A stretch of 64,000 bases of DNA from a virus (lineage: Duplodnaviria > Caudoviricetes). The notes beneath the pieces were generated by a model. The model made no database searches. It saw only the letters and a program-made list of their open reading frames with translations, and was not told where the DNA came from. Location of the stretch: IMG/VR virus record IMGVR_UViG_2890725172_000001, positions 1 to 64,000 of that record, one strand, 5' to 3'. Of this stretch, positions 27,002 to 36,731 are shown in pieces (within the stretch, counting starts at the first letter, position 1; every line of letters begins with the position of its first letter). Position numbers and translations under genes: made by a program.

Positions 27002-27087
27002 CGCTGGACGTGGGGCCTGAGATTCGGGGATCAGGCCCTAGCGTCGAACGGACGCGTTAACCTACAAGGCTGCCTACACACCAAAGG

Positions 27088-27522
27088 ATGATCATGACTG
27101 AGACTCGACCGCACCACTGGCACATCGCGCATGGCCTGGCGGGCTACGGACCGGACGGCGCGGACGGCTACAACACCGCTACGGAGATCAGCGGGTCTGG
27201 TGGTCTCGCCGACCAGATCAGCGACGAACTCGACCGAGACGCCGAATCGGCTCACGGTCTGATCAGGACTGAAGGTGAGGCGGGCAACTTCAAAGAGGCC
27301 TTCGAGGCGTGGGAGCTTCACGACAAGCTGACTACGCTGTCCCTCAACTTCAGCATCAGGCGAGAGGACGCGCCTCTCTACAAGGATGATAAGCCGCTGT
27401 GGGAGAGGACCGTTCTCCGGCTGGTGGCCGAAAACTTCCCGCTGGACGTGTCGGACAACTCGCGGATGTACGTGTGGGAGTGCACGGAGCCGGAATGCGA
27501 GCATCTCACCGACGACGAATAA
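27088..27522 (+). CDS. Acidic hypothetical protein
   Basis: AAGGA RBS. Confidence 0.7.
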   Translation: MIMTETRPHHWHIAHGLAGYGPDGADGYNTATEISGSGGLADQISDELDRDAESAHGLIRTEGEAGNFKEAFEAWELHDKLTTLSLNFSIRREDAPLYKDDKPLWERTVLRLVAENFPLDVSDNSRMYVWECTEPECEHLTDDE

Positions 27523-27751
27523 GCTTCCCCGCCGAAATCTCGGGCCCTGGCGAAATCGCTAGGGCCTTTGTCATACATAGGAATAGGAACGCGGATGTCA
27601 AGCTACACACCCACCACATGTCCTCAGTCAGGTTGTGGGCAGCAGGGAACATTCCTGTCGAACTACGGAACCGGCAATGAGGCCCTGTACATGTGTCCGA
27701 ACAACCACCAGTGGACTGCCAAGAAGAAGTAACCCACCAGAAAGGTAGAAC

Positions 27752-28075
27752 ATGAACACCGAGCGATTCACGCCGGAATACTTCAAGCCGCGCGTTGCCA
27801 AAGGCGTCGACAAGCTCGACGAGAAGAACCCCGGATGGTTCCACGATGTCAATCCGGACCTGTTAGAGATGGACTCCGCCGACGCCTGTATCCTCGGCCT
27901 GCTCTACGGCTGGTACTTCAGTGGGCTCCGAGCCTTGTCTGTCACGGACGGTACAGAATTCGGCTACAACATCGACTTCGAAGAGTCCGACTGCGATGAG
28001 GTCCGGTCGGAGGCCTGGCACACGCTTCTAGTCCTCTGGCTGGACGTCATCGATGAGAAGAGGAAGGCATCATGA
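27752..28075 (+). CDS. Hypothetical protein
   Basis: RVAKGVDKLDEKNPGW...CILGLLYG. Confidence 0.7.
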   Translation: MNTERFTPEYFKPRVAKGVDKLDEKNPGWFHDVNPDLLEMDSADACILGLLYGWYFSGLRALSVTDGTEFGYNIDFEESDCDEVRSEAWHTLLVLWLDVIDEKRKAS

Positions 28076-28347
28076 CCACCGTGACCGATGGTTGGCGCGT
28101 CGGCGACGTCGTCAGGCTCCCGGCCGATCAGACCGTGTGGGAAGTCGATAGCGTCTACCGGCGTCAGGGTGAGGTGGTCGAACTGATCCTAGGCCGCTCG
28201 GATGCAAACACCACGGATGATGGTGCCCGGTGGGCTCGCGGAACCGTGAGGGCTGTGTCTCCGGATCGCGTCACACGGGTCAAGCACTGGTACGAGCGCA
28301 CGCTCTACGGCTTGGATGAAGAGTCCCGTTGGGGCGAGCCTGCCTAG
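28072..28347 (+). CDS. Hypothetical protein
   Basis: ATGA-coupled ORF. Confidence 0.65.
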   Translation: MTTVTDGWRVGDVVRLPADQTVWEVDSVYRRQGEVVELILGRSDANTTDDGARWARGTVRAVSPDRVTRVKHWYERTLYGLDEESRWGEPA

Positions 28348-28378
28348 CTTCTGCCAAATCTCCTAGACAAGGACACTC

Positions 28379-28789
28379 ATGGACACGGGATTACTTCTCT
28401 GGCGCGTAACTCTGCAATGGCAGAAGAAGATTACGGCTGCTCTTAAGCCCTTGGGCCTGACCCACGTGCAGTTTGCTCTTATGAGTGAGCTGGAGCGCGT
28501 GAGGTCCGAAGACGGGCAGGTCAACCAGAAGCAGCTAGCCAGGCGAGCACGCACAGACGAGATGATGACCGGGCAGGTCCTGCGGGTTCTCGAAACGCGG
28601 GGGCTGGTCATCCGGTGGCGCGCTGAGAGCAACCGGCAAAGCATTCTGGTTAGGCTGACGGACCTTGGGCACGAGCGCCTGACCACGGCTACACCTGTCG
28701 TCAAGGCCGTCGATGACACGTTCTTCGGGGCTGCCGAGCCGGACCTGAGAGACCTCTTTACCCTGCTGGGTGAGAGCGAGACTGCCTAG
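28379..28789 (+). CDS. MarR-family transcriptional regulator
   Basis: GLLLWRVT..WQ.....ALKPLGLTHVQF, VLRVLETRGLVIR, VRLTDLG. Confidence 0.9.
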   Translation: MDTGLLLWRVTLQWQKKITAALKPLGLTHVQFALMSELERVRSEDGQVNQKQLARRARTDEMMTGQVLRVLETRGLVIRWRAESNRQSILVRLTDLGHERLTTATPVVKAVDDTFFGAAEPDLRDLFTLLGESETA

Positions 28790-28867
28790 CCTGGCCCGAA
28801 AATCGGCCCCCTGTCGTAGGGCCCCACTACCCTGCACCTGATACATAGAGCGAGAGGACACACCGGC

Positions 28868-29140
28868 ATGGGTGCCGAGATTGCCGAACCCCCAGACGGC
28901 TTCAAGGTCGGGGACATCCTGATTCTCTTCCGGACTGGTCCCGGGGATGACGGGGACTACGCGAGCCCCGCCACGACCCGTCACGCGATCATGGCTGCTC
29001 TCAGCAAGGCTGGCCTACGACCTTCTGAGGGGTCATTGCGTGACCATGAGGACATCATGGCGTTCCGGGAGCGTGGAACTCTCCTTGAGCCCATGATCCT
29101 CACCCTAGGCCGTAGCGGCTGGAACCCGCCCGGCCGCTAG
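28868..29140 (+). CDS. Hypothetical protein
   Basis: GAGG RBS. Confidence 0.6.
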   Translation: MGAEIAEPPDGFKVGDILILFRTGPGDDGDYASPATTRHAIMAALSKAGLRPSEGSLRDHEDIMAFRERGTLLEPMILTLGRSGWNPPGR

Positions 29141-29166
29141 CCCGACCAACACCGAGAGGACACGAT

Positions 29167-29631
29167 ATGAAGACTCTGCGTGAGCGCATCACCGACGACG
29201 GTATCCACATCATCTTCGAGAACCCGGACGGCACCGGCGACGACCTGTCAGAGCTCGTCGCCGAGCCCACGCCAACCAGCGGTGCCAAGTGGAAGGTCTG
29301 CCTCAAGCATCACAATCACGGCGGCCTGCTCTGGGTCGACTTCGGTAACTCGATCGCCGCCGGTCTCGACCAGCCCGACGTCAATGAGGTGGTGTTGGGG
29401 CTGGTCGGCAACGCGATCCCCTTCCTCAACAGCGAGCCGTTCCCGGAGTGGGGACGGAATTACTACGGCCTGTCGGTCCGCGACTTCGAGGACAGTGTGT
29501 CCCTGTGGAACTTCGTGGAGAGGGCGTACACCTCCTACGTGGAGAACGAGGAGAAGACGCGCGAACTGATGGAGTGGTTGGGGCCTGACCGGCTGCGAAC
29601 GTACGCCTTCGAGACCGAATTCGACGTCTGA
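29167..29631 (+). CDS. Hypothetical protein
   Basis: GAGG RBS. Confidence 0.7.
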   Translation: MKTLRERITDDGIHIIFENPDGTGDDLSELVAEPTPTSGAKWKVCLKHHNHGGLLWVDFGNSIAAGLDQPDVNEVVLGLVGNAIPFLNSEPFPEWGRNYYGLSVRDFEDSVSLWNFVERAYTSYVENEEKTRELMEWLGPDRLRTYAFETEFDV

Positions 29632-29643
29632 GAAGACCAACGA

Positions 29644-29705
29644 CTGAACGGCCTGTACCCGACTACCCCTCACGTCAGGTGGTGGGTAGTCCGTAGAGGT
29701 TTCAG
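29644..29705 (+). repeat. Intergenic hairpin family C, copy 1
   Basis: ctga...cctgtac-[hairpin]-gtagagg...tcag. Confidence 0.65.
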
Positions 29706-29742
29706 CCGGAACCCATTCCCGCCGATTTCTGAGAGGCTACAT

Positions 29743-29913
29743 ATGCAGTTCGATATCAACTTTCAAGTGGATAGTAACGGCAGCGGTCCCGGTGAGGCTG
29801 CCTATTCGAAAGACGAGGTGTTCGCCGCGCTCAAAGACGTGCTGTTCTCGACACCCATCCCGATGAATGACGGCGGCGTTCTGATCATCACCCGTATCAG
29901 TCCGATCAACTAG
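29743..29913 (+). CDS. Small hypothetical protein (56 aa, not in ORF track)
   Basis: GAGG RBS following GCCGATTT. Confidence 0.55.
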   Translation: MQFDINFQVDSNGSGPGEAAYSKDEVFAALKDVLFSTPIPMNDGGVLIITRISPIN

Positions 29914-29924
29914 GAGACCAAGCA

Positions 29925-30173
29925 ATGGAACGTAAGCCCAGTGAGACCATGCGGATTCTCACGATCGACACACTTGAGCGCCTGAACCTCAGCAGTGCGG
30001 GCAACCCCCGATTCAAGGTGACGTTCACCAACGGGGAATCGGCGCAGACGCAGAGTGACGCCTCCGTCAACTACGGAATCGAGAACTCCGAATATCGGGG
30101 CGTCCCTCTTAAGGTCACGTTCTCGCCCAACGGTCGCATCACATACATCGAAGTGGCGAAGTCGCAGCCCTGA
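29925..30173 (+). CDS. Hypothetical protein
   Basis: AGGAG RBS; LERLNLSSAGNPRFKVTF. Confidence 0.7.
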   Translation: MERKPSETMRILTIDTLERLNLSSAGNPRFKVTFTNGESAQTQSDASVNYGIENSEYRGVPLKVTFSPNGRITYIEVAKSQP

Positions 30174-30211
30174 CTGTACGACATATCAGGCTGCGACAAA
30201 GGTAGGCGCAC

Positions 30212-30868
30212 ATGTCAATCGTCAGACGCGGATACGTCCGCCCGTTCGAAGTCACATATAGGCTCGCGGACGGCACGCGGAGAATGCGGGGCTTCGATTC
30301 GCGAGAGGAGGCTGACAAATGGGCGGACGAGTGCAACAGGCTCGATCCCGGTAGCCTCGTACGTGAGGAATTCGCCGTGGAGAACACGGAAGACGGTGCC
30401 ATCTCCGTGCACATCCCAAGGGTTAACGTGAGCGTGCAGACGGCCAAACGTGTTGAGGCCGCAATCAATCGCATACTCAACACTCAGGTCATGCACGTTG
30501 CGTATCACTCTGGGACGGACAACGGGAACGACGAAGAGCTCTACCAGATCATTTTAGAGATGTTCGACAACGAAGAGTGGTTACGCGAGTCGTACACTGA
30601 CGATCCCCGTCTGCCTGAGTCGGATAACATCACCCTCACGTTGTTTTCTGTGGTTCGTGACGACGTTGAGTTCTGGGTACTCGTCAGCGAAAACCCGGAA
30701 AGTTTCGTCCTGTACCAGTACCCCGACCATGGGGCCGCGATCACTGACTATGAGCAGAGCGTTCGCAACCTCGTCGTGGTCGGTGCTGTGCTGGAAGCCG
30801 ATTTCGAGGTCCCCGGGTTCGAGTACAAGAGTTCCGAGGGTGGTTACTTCCGGTACAACACCCTCTGA
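30212..30868 (+). CDS. Hypothetical protein
   Basis: Operon ORF. Confidence 0.65.
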   Translation: MSIVRRGYVRPFEVTYRLADGTRRMRGFDSREEADKWADECNRLDPGSLVREEFAVENTEDGAISVHIPRVNVSVQTAKRVEAAINRILNTQVMHVAYHSGTDNGNDEELYQIILEMFDNEEWLRESYTDDPRLPESDNITLTLFSVVRDDVEFWVLVSENPESFVLYQYPDHGAAITDYEQSVRNLVVVGAVLEADFEVPGFEYKSSEGGYFRYNTL

Positions 30869-30881
30869 ATTCTGACCCACA

Positions 30882-30942
30882 CTGATCACTGCGTTCGCCT
30901 CCCCTCCTATCGGGGGTAGGGGAGGCTTGCGGAGAGGTTTAG
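30882..30942 (+). repeat. Intergenic hairpin family C, diverged copy
   Basis: ctga..ctgcgt-[hairpin]-gcggagagg.ttag. Confidence 0.5.
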
Positions 30943-30985
30943 CAGGGCCATACTCCGGGCCGAAATTCACAGACAAGGAATCAAT

Positions 30986-31555
30986 ATGACTGAGAGCACC
31001 ACGCCGCGCCTGCACATCAAGGTCACGGACACTCAGGACCGGTACATCGGGGAGAACTGGTTCGACGCGACCGACTATTACGCCGTAGACGAAGGGCTTG
31101 AAGAGATCGTCAGTGAAGCGAGTGACGTCCTCACGTACAAGACGGAGATCATCGGCTCCGAGGGGTTCGGCTGGTTCGCTGACAAGCTCTCCGGCCTGTC
31201 GGTCGAGAAGGCATGCGGCATCGGCTACCTGATCGAAGAGAAGGGGCTCGACGTCGTCACCGAGTGGCACAAGCTTCGTGGCCCCATCGAGTACTTCCCC
31301 GCCGACGCGATCGACGCGGAGCGGAAGTTCGACGCCGAATACCAGGGAGAGTTCAGCTCCGCTGGCGCGTTCGCCAAGGACTACGTTCCCCAGCAGCACG
31401 CCGAAATGTTTGAGACGGTGCCGAGAAACATCGTCGAGAACATCAACTGGGAGGGTGTGGCCGAGAGTCTGCACGGCCATTACGGCGTCACGGTGGTAAG
31501 CAGGGGTCCTGGTCAGTGGGACGGCGTCGTGGTCTTCCGTCTGGAGAACGAGTAA
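30986..31555 (+). CDS. ardA: Antirestriction protein, ArdA family
   Basis: Acidic; IGENWFD, EGFG, YQGEFSS...FA, INWEGVA. Confidence 0.8.
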   Translation: MTESTTPRLHIKVTDTQDRYIGENWFDATDYYAVDEGLEEIVSEASDVLTYKTEIIGSEGFGWFADKLSGLSVEKACGIGYLIEEKGLDVVTEWHKLRGPIEYFPADAIDAERKFDAEYQGEFSSAGAFAKDYVPQQHAEMFETVPRNIVENINWEGVAESLHGHYGVTVVSRGPGQWDGVVVFRLENE

Positions 31556-31557
31556 CC

Positions 31558-31872
31558 ATGACTCTGATCAAGTTCGGGTCGTGGAACAACGACCCCGACG
31601 TACACAAACAGCACATCACCCTCATGGGCGAGCGCATCGCAATCATCACGCTTGAGCGCGGTGCCAACGACATCTGGGGTATGCGGCTGCTGGGTGCCAT
31701 CAGGGAGGGGTCTGGTGGAGAGCGGGACAAGATCGGCCCGCCGGTGGGGTTCCCTGCCGATTACGACGTCGACACCGTTCGGAGCGCGGCCATGGCCACT
31801 GCCGCCGCGCTGCTCTCCGACTGGTTGAAGGGGCAGGTCCTAGAGGGGCTGGAAGAGGCGAAGCGGTCATGA
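31558..31872 (+). CDS. Hypothetical protein
   Basis: Operon ORF. Confidence 0.6.
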   Translation: MTLIKFGSWNNDPDVHKQHITLMGERIAIITLERGANDIWGMRLLGAIREGSGGERDKIGPPVGFPADYDVDTVRSAAMATAAALLSDWLKGQVLEGLEEAKRS

Positions 31873-32141
31873 CGGCACCGACTCCCGAACCCGGCGAGCT
31901 GAGAGACGACATCGGGCAAGCACAGGTCGTCCATGTGCTCTCACCTCCTGAGCGTATCCCTATCAACGAGGACGGAGCCCCGGCTGTCGGCCTGCCTGTG
32001 ATGCTCTACGAGCCGAACTACGCCAACCCCGGTGCCGGGCCGATAAAGCGTCAGGTGGTTCTGATGCTCCCCTGGGATGAGGCGAGTCGCCTCGTCATCG
32101 ATATCACACGGCTGATCGTGGAGGATTCGAGTGGCGTCTAG
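31869..32141 (+). CDS. Hypothetical protein
   Basis: ATGA-coupled ORF. Confidence 0.6.
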   Translation: MTAPTPEPGELRDDIGQAQVVHVLSPPERIPINEDGAPAVGLPVMLYEPNYANPGAGPIKRQVVLMLPWDEASRLVIDITRLIVEDSSGV

Positions 32142-32240
32142 ATCTCAGGCGATGTTACTTGATCTGATCGAGAGGATCATCCGGGACATCCTCCGTAGTC
32201 GTCAGCGCCGAAATTCCCGACAGAAAAGGAGAGGAGACTC

Positions 32241-32606
32241 ATGAACAGCGTTGAGTTCGAATCTGGTGATGTCGCGAGGTTCTATCTGGGAACGGAGGAG
32301 ATTCGCTACACCTTCGTCTCTGACGGGGCGGCCGGAACGATCACCGCCAAGTCCGCGTTCTTCGGCGAGCCCAAAAAGATGGCCGTCATGCTTCAGCTCT
32401 CGGACAACACTGAAATTGGCGACTGGGGAATTATGGGGGTCGTCCTCTGTGACGGGCACCAACTCACGGCGCGGCCTCATTTCAACGCGGCCGACAAATA
32501 CCCGCTCGACGGCGTCGACAACGAAGAGGCGCGTGCGAGCATTTCGCGCCTCTTCTCCGAAATCGCATGGCATTACTACGAGATCACGAACTGGAGAAGG
32601 AGCTAG
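32241..32606 (+). CDS. Hypothetical protein
   Basis: AGGAG RBS. Confidence 0.65.
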   Translation: MNSVEFESGDVARFYLGTEEIRYTFVSDGAAGTITAKSAFFGEPKKMAVMLQLSDNTEIGDWGIMGVVLCDGHQLTARPHFNAADKYPLDGVDNEEARASISRLFSEIAWHYYEITNWRRS

Positions 32607-32607
32607 C

Positions 32608-32901
32608 ATGATCGACGAGAGGGAGATTCTTGAGGCCCTTCGCGCGACTGACGAGCGACTGGTGGCGGAGCAGGATCTCACACCCGTTCAGCTGATCCTT
32701 CGGGACAGGCCTGAGACGGGTGTCACCGTTCTTCGCCGGGCCTACGAGATGGGCGGCGACATCCTTAACGCGTGGGATGTCCTGGCGTCGGCTCTGACCA
32801 TTCAGAAGAGCGTGGAAGCGGTTCTCGAACACCTCGGCCACGACCTCGGAATGACGATCCTCAGGAAGGTCGCTGAGCTCAAGTACAACGCCAAGCTCTA
32901 A
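32608..32901 (+). CDS. Hypothetical protein
   Basis: AAGGAG RBS. Confidence 0.65.
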   Translation: MIDEREILEALRATDERLVAEQDLTPVQLILRDRPETGVTVLRRAYEMGGDILNAWDVLASALTIQKSVEAVLEHLGHDLGMTILRKVAELKYNAKL

Positions 32902-32931
32902 CGTCGGACCAACATCAAAGAGGAATAACCC

Positions 32932-33495
32932 ATGTCAGCGCCGGAGAGATATTTCATCGACTTCGCCACATCGGAAATGGCGTCATGGATCGCCAGCATG
33001 CCGGAACTGGCGGACGTACCTGCCGCCACCGTCGCTGGGTGGCGCGTGACCATGTACAGCGCTGCCCTCGACGTCCTCAAGGAACTGGACAACGAGCACG
33101 ACGGCTTCTACGACGGCACCAGCATCTGGGTTAGCGGTGACGAGTTCACCGTGCATGCCCTCACTGAGACCGTCGACCTGTTAGAGCGGGTTCTCTACGA
33201 CCTCGCTGTGAGGGCGAAGAGTCGCATTTTCCAATTCGGCTCCGATTATCTGGCGCTGCACCCGGAAGACGCCCAGGCCGGGGAGAAAGAAGACGACCCG
33301 TTCGACACGCTTCTGAGCGCGGAGCTGATGCGGATCGAAGGAATCGCAGAGGCCATGGAACTGGTCCTCGGCTTCGACGACAAGGGGCGTCCCTCCCGAG
33401 CGGTCCGGGTCAAAGACCTGATCAATACGTCTGAAGTGACCGCGCTCAAGGAGAGGGTCAACGCCCGAGCAGGCCGACCGATCTTCGACATCTGA
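32932..33495 (+). CDS. Hypothetical protein
   Basis: GAGG RBS. Confidence 0.7.
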   Translation: MSAPERYFIDFATSEMASWIASMPELADVPAATVAGWRVTMYSAALDVLKELDNEHDGFYDGTSIWVSGDEFTVHALTETVDLLERVLYDLAVRAKSRIFQFGSDYLALHPEDAQAGEKEDDPFDTLLSAELMRIEGIAEAMELVLGFDDKGRPSRAVRVKDLINTSEVTALKERVNARAGRPIFDI

Positions 33496-33542
33496 CCTGG
33501 GTCATCGTCCCTTTGAGGGGTGTACCACCAACAGACCCGTAG

Positions 33543-33863
33543 ATGGAGAAACACATGGACATAAGAGACGAGAAGACACTCATCCCGGTCGCCGAGCTTC
33601 TCGCGAAGTGGGCCGTCGCCGATGCTGACGGTCCGGTGGCTCGGCTGACGAGGCTGTACGAGAACACCGAAGAGACGGCGACCTTTCGGACCATCCTCAT
33701 GAACGCCTCGGTCGAGGTGGGCGGCGCGATCTCGGAGGCCGCCTACGACCTGATGTTCAGTACCGACCCCGCCGACGACGAGAGCTGTTCGGTCCGGCGC
33801 GGCTGGGTCGTCAACTCGGCGATCAACCGGGTATCCGAGTCGCACTCATGGATTCGCCCCTGA
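33543..33863 (+). CDS. Hypothetical protein
   Basis: Operon ORF. Confidence 0.6.
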   Translation: MEKHMDIRDEKTLIPVAELLAKWAVADADGPVARLTRLYENTEETATFRTILMNASVEVGGAISEAAYDLMFSTDPADDESCSVRRGWVVNSAINRVSESHSWIRP

Positions 33864-33981
33864 TTCGCTGCGCACTCTCTCACCTCCCGGCTTCGGGGAC
33901 GGAAGGTGAGGGACTCGCTGGAATCAGTCCAGCACAGTTGTAGGGGCCGAAATTCGGAGAGGACATGAGGAAGAGAGACGC

Positions 33982-34647
33982 ATGAGTAAGAGCATCGAGA
34001 TTGGCACCGTTCACATCACCGAGAAGTACGAGGAGAGGGAACGGGCGTTCCAGACGGCATCCTGGTGGCGTGACAACGACGTGGCGCCGCAGTCGGTGGC
34101 ATTGATGGGTGAGTTCTCCGGCGGCCAGCTCATCGACTGGTGGTACACGCTGGACACGGTGATCACGGCCGATTATTTCGCATCGTCCGGGTTCGGTATC
34201 ACGCTGGACTACGACACCGCACAGAACGCGGGCAAGCCCAACAAGATCACGCACCGCACGTACTGCTACATCCTGGCCGAGCTGCTCGCGGTGAAGAAGG
34301 GTGAGCTCAAGCACGGGTTCATCGTGCTCGACCCGAACCTGAAATTCCGGATCAGTACCTTCGAGGGCTCAGGGCATCGCATGTCCCGGCTACACAACCC
34401 GGTCTGCATGGACTGTGCCGCGCCGATCCGTATCGCGACCGAGTACGAGCGCTGGGCCGGAGTCGACCGTCTGAAGAACCCACATGCGTTCCCGGCGCGT
34501 GAGTACATGCACGTCACCGACACGGACGGTGAGCCACACAACGGTCGGCCGACGAAAGAGAGCTGGCTCGACTACACCATCCCCAACGTCCAGTACCGGC
34601 TGCACCTCGTCGAGGACGGGGCCGAAATCAAGGAGAACCAGGCATGA
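33982..34647 (+). CDS. Hypothetical protein
   Basis: Operon ORF with RBS. Confidence 0.7.
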   Translation: MSKSIEIGTVHITEKYEERERAFQTASWWRDNDVAPQSVALMGEFSGGQLIDWWYTLDTVITADYFASSGFGITLDYDTAQNAGKPNKITHRTYCYILAELLAVKKGELKHGFIVLDPNLKFRISTFEGSGHRMSRLHNPVCMDCAAPIRIATEYERWAGVDRLKNPHAFPAREYMHVTDTDGEPHNGRPTKESWLDYTIPNVQYRLHLVEDGAEIKENQA

Positions 34648-34979
34648 CCGAGTACACGCCCTACGGCTGGGTCATCACCGAGGACCTGATCACCAATGGC
34701 GAGTACAACGGGGTGATGGGGCCGCGCACGATGGACCCCGAACTTGAGGCGCGTCTTGAAGCCGGAGAGGGCACGGAGTTCCGTCTGCTCGACGACGACG
34801 GCGAGCACTACGCCACTGGCCGGATCATCGGCCCGGCCGACCCCGACTGGGGGAAGAAGGCGAAGGAGTACGAGATGGTCGAATGGGAGTTCGCTCCGCT
34901 CCACGAGTTCGGCGCGAGGAACTGGGGCTGCACCGACGTGCAGTACAAGAACGACGCCGGTGAGTGGAAGAACCTGTAG
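34644..34979 (+). CDS. Hypothetical phage protein
   Basis: FRLLDDDGEHYATG...FAPL.EFG..NWGCTDVQY. Confidence 0.75.
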   Translation: MTEYTPYGWVITEDLITNGEYNGVMGPRTMDPELEARLEAGEGTEFRLLDDDGEHYATGRIIGPADPDWGKKAKEYEMVEWEFAPLHEFGARNWGCTDVQYKNDAGEWKNL

Positions 34980-35027
34980 GACCGTAACGAGAAGCGCAAC
35001 AAGTTAACCAATTAAGGAGACAATCAC

Positions 35028-35561
35028 ATGGACTTCGAGATCACCCTCATCGACCTCAACCCCGAAGGCAACGTCGACCACGTGTTCAACCTGCTCGACG
35101 ACGACCTGATGAACGACGTCAACGCCGCCTTCGGTGACGAGGGCAGCAACGAGGACGCGAAGGAGGGCGTGCATTTCAAAGTCGGCCCGGTCAACGGGAT
35201 GGAGCCGCTGTACGACGAGGGCGAGGTGCCTGATGCCTCCTTCGCCGAGATTCTTCGCGCCGCGCGGCTGGCCGCGCAGGCTAAGGACGAGTCCTGGGAG
35301 GGGTTCCTCGCCTGGGTCGACGACACGGGCGGCGGTCTTCGGTTCTACCCTGACGACGACGAGGCGCTGAAGACCTTCCGGAAGCAGTTCCGGGGCGAGT
35401 ACGAGGACCTGGAAGAGTACGCGAAGGAGTGGGCCGAGGACCAGGGCGCTCCCGAGGCGATGTTCGGCTACATGGACTGGGACGGCTTCGGCGTGTGGCT
35501 CGCGACGGACTACAACGTCATCGACCTGCCGAGCGGTAACATCGCGATCTTCACGAAGTAG
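35028..35561 (+). CDS. ardA: ArdA-family antirestriction protein
   Basis: Highly acidic; FRGEYEDLEEYA, YMDWDGFG..LATDY. Confidence 0.75.
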   Translation: MDFEITLIDLNPEGNVDHVFNLLDDDLMNDVNAAFGDEGSNEDAKEGVHFKVGPVNGMEPLYDEGEVPDASFAEILRAARLAAQAKDESWEGFLAWVDDTGGGLRFYPDDDEALKTFRKQFRGEYEDLEEYAKEWAEDQGAPEAMFGYMDWDGFGVWLATDYNVIDLPSGNIAIFTK

Positions 35562-35630
35562 ATCAGCTCCGCCCGAATTTTCAGGCTCGGCACACACGGT
35601 GTCGGGCCTTCGTCATGTCTGGAGGTACTT

Positions 35631-36167
35631 ATGGACTTCGATCCTTATATCACTCTCGTCAGCCTGGACGGCTGGGCGAGTACGCGGATGCGCCTGCTGG
35701 ATTGGGACGACGAGCGCGCCAAAGAGATCAGGCTGCTGTTCGGCGAGAACGCCAAACAGGGGAGCCACTTCAACATCGAAAGCATCGATGGGATGGAGCC
35801 GCTCTGGCACCCAGTCGGAGACACCTACAGGGATCTGGAGCTGCGTCACATCGTAGTGATCGCTCGGCGAGCGAGGCTGTGCAAATCACCACAGGCGTTC
35901 CTTGCGTGGATCAAGCTGATCCGGTCCGACCTCATCGGGAAAGAAGGCCTTTCCTTCGATGCGGTCACGTCGTACTTCCAGGCGTCCTTCCGAGGCGAGT
36001 TCGCCAGCCTGGCCGGATACGCGCGACAGTGGGCTGACGGTCAGCGGTGGCATCCCTACGTGCGCCTGCACATCGACTGGGACGGGCTCGGCCGGTCGCT
36101 CACAGAGGATGCCGTGGTCGCTGAGCTCCCGAACGGCAAGATCGCGGTACTCACGTACAACACCTGA
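35631..36167 (+). CDS. ArdA-like paralogue with reduced acidity
   Basis: FRGEFASLAGYA, HIDWDGLG; shares MDF, GMEPL and ELPNGKIA-type motifs with the upstream gene. Confidence 0.65.
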   Translation: MDFDPYITLVSLDGWASTRMRLLDWDDERAKEIRLLFGENAKQGSHFNIESIDGMEPLWHPVGDTYRDLELRHIVVIARRARLCKSPQAFLAWIKLIRSDLIGKEGLSFDAVTSYFQASFRGEFASLAGYARQWADGQRWHPYVRLHIDWDGLGRSLTEDAVVAELPNGKIAVLTYNT

Positions 36168-36350
36168 TCACCACGGCGAGCGGAAGGTCACCGGCGACGG
36201 CGGGATCACCGCTCAGGGAGGATCCGACCAGCATCGGTCGGGCGCAGGCCAGTACGGGCTGTGTCCGGCCGTTTTTGTTTGGCCCCTCACGACGGCTCTC
36301 CACAGCGGGTGGGTGAGCTATACCTACACGAGTAAGAAAGGAGCCTACTC

Positions 36351-36731
36351 ATGGGGACTGCGATCTTGGTCAAACGGAAGCCTGTTCGCATCAACTACTC
36401 GGTGAACACTACGGTGTATGAACGTGCGATTGAGCTGGCCGCCACGATGAACCTGACGGTGCCTCAGGTGCTCACACACCTCATCCCTCAGGTGCTGGCG
36501 CGGCCGGAGCCGCAGTGGCGGCCGACGCTGGCGGTTCTGCGGATGCATGGCCCGCAGAACCGTCAAGAGTTCGCGAACGTGCCTGAGGACCTTCTCAAGG
36601 ACGGAGAGGAGAATTTCCTGCCGGGCGCCGAAACTCCGCTAGAGCGTGGACGGCTGGCGGCGATGGTACTGAACTACTACGTGGCTGGGGTGATCACGCT
36701 CAACGTCAAGGTGGAGCTCAATGAACCGTGA
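36351..36731 (+). CDS. Hypothetical protein (possible ribbon-helix-helix)
   Basis: RINYSVNTTVYERAIELAATMNLTVPQVL. Confidence 0.6.
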   Translation: MGTAILVKRKPVRINYSVNTTVYERAIELAATMNLTVPQVLTHLIPQVLARPEPQWRPTLAVLRMHGPQNRQEFANVPEDLLKDGEENFLPGAETPLERGRLAAMVLNYYVAGVITLNVKVELNEP

